From Candidatus Hodarchaeota archaeon (GTDB lineage: Archaea > Asgardarchaeota > Heimdallarchaeia > Hodarchaeales > Hodarchaeaceae), in NCBI GenBank assembly GCA_016840035.1, contig JAEOTC010000059.1, forward strand, positions 1 through 15,213: a stretch of DNA of 15,213 bases, in the 5' to 3' direction. The number at the start of each line of letters is the position of its first letter. The first letter of the stretch is position 1. A program made the position numbers and the translations under genes. The notes beneath the pieces were generated by a model that saw only the letters and a list, made by a program, of their open reading frames with translations, ran no database searches and was not told the DNA's origin. Shown here piece after piece: positions 14,401 through 15,213 of this stretch.

Positions 14401-15211
14401 CTATTTCACCTTTTCCTTTTGATTGGTTTATAGCCTGTTTAGTAGTAATATAAAGTCTGAACTCTTCCACTTTATCGGCTATAGGAACACCCATATACTC
14501 AAGACTTTGTTTCGCAACTTTTGGAATAATAATGTCGCCAGAATTTGAAATTTCATCCTTTAATTCATCAATCGTATTGTAGTTAAATCCGTCAAATCCC
14601 ATTGTATGAGCTAGTTTACTAAAGATCATCCAGCTGGGAAGAGCATCACCAGGCGGCTCAACAGCTTTGTTTATTGGGTATTTCATGTACTCCTCCCCTG
14701 ATTTAGTCCCATCCTCTTCAGTAAACACGGTGGTTGGAAGAACGACTTCAGCAAATTCAGAGGTGTCTGATTCGTAAATATTTTGAAGGATAAGGAGTTC
14801 TATACCCTTTAACTGAGAAAACAACGCTGAATCAAAAGTGGTTACAATTACTTTTATTCCTCGGGTATGTAAACTACTAATCCCTTCTTCATCATACACG
14901 ATAGGATGAGTACTGATTTTCTGTGCGAATTTTGACAAAACGAAAACAGATTCATCAGTGAGAGAGGGTGAAATCGCTATCCCAATTTCTTCTGGTTTAT
15001 ATTCTTTAAGCAAATTAGCAGTATGTGATATTGCCTCCTCCCAAGAAACAGGGTGTTGTTCCTCTTTTATCAATTTACGTTTGATAGTAGGGTATTTCAG
15101 CCGATCACGACTATTAACTAAAGCGGGAATACAAAAACGTCCTTTAACACAGTATTCACGACGAGCAGATAATTCATATGGAGGATGTACGTTTACAACT
15201 TTATCCCATTT
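14387..15211 (-). CDS. NuoG/FdhA-like (molybdopterin-oxidoreductase fold) Fe-S subunit, 5'-partial and internally shortened
   Basis: The frame stays open past the track's 15073 start to the window edge: KWDKVVNVHPPYELSARREYCVKGRFCIPALVNSRDRLKYPTIKRK…VSWEEA. This shows CxKGRF, RLxxP and SWEEA; later LLILQNIYESDTSEFAEVVLP…EEDGT and AVEPPGDALPSWMIF. Overlaps nfnA by 14 nt. Confidence 0.8.
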   Translation of the reverse strand, partial: KWDKVVNVHPPYELSARREYCVKGRFCIPALVNSRDRLKYPTIKRKLIKEEQHPVSWEEAISHTANLLKEYKPEEIGIAISPSLTDESVFVLSKFAQKISTHPIVYDEEGISSLHTRGIKVIVTTFDSALFSQLKGIELLILQNIYESDTSEFAEVVLPTTVFTEEDGTKSGEEYMKYPINKAVEPPGDALPSWMIFSKLAHTMGFDGFNYNTIDELKDEISNSGDIIIPKVAKQSLEYMGVPIADKVEEFRLYITTKQAINQSKGKGEIDVQI

Positions 15212-15213
15212 AA

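Noticed and set aside
14387-15073. TTG at 15073 as the start of a complete 228-aa gene
   Set aside because: The frame continues to the window edge and contains the conserved CxKGRF and RLxxP motifs, so the gene is 5'-partial.
1-15213. CRISPR arrays, tRNA/rRNA genes, transposases/integrases, selenocysteine read-through
   Set aside because: No periodic repeats, RNA gene signatures or mobile-element motifs were seen, and intergenic gaps are short. The TGA at 13510-13512 is explained by the ATGA stop/start overlap.

Overview
AT-rich archaeal window. It uses AGGTGA/GGAGA Shine-Dalgarno sites and several TTG starts. Longin/uDENN-like genes suggest an Asgard archaeon, but this is inference only. 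The left half holds an unknown 282-aa gene, adenine deaminase, a stand-alone SPFH-like domain, a degenerate PfkB-fold protein, MEMO1/AmmeMemoRadiSam protein B and a hypothetical gene. The right half holds two minus-strand NfnAB/SudBA-type (electron-bifurcating transhydrogenase) gene pairs. These flank a plus-strand cassette of two paralogous longin/uDENN-like genes and a CBS-pair gene. Main observation: one ~90-aa beta-rich domain (consensus IRV-x5-FF-x11-W-x3-E-x3-L-x10/11-Y-x-L-x-I-x9-K) ends both longin-like proteins and is also fused to the C-terminus of the second NfnB. This links eukaryote-like signalling/trafficking folds to a redox enzyme. The first NfnA is fused to a thioredoxin-reductase-like domain that lacks CxxC. 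A shortened NuoG/FdhA-like gene runs off the right edge.
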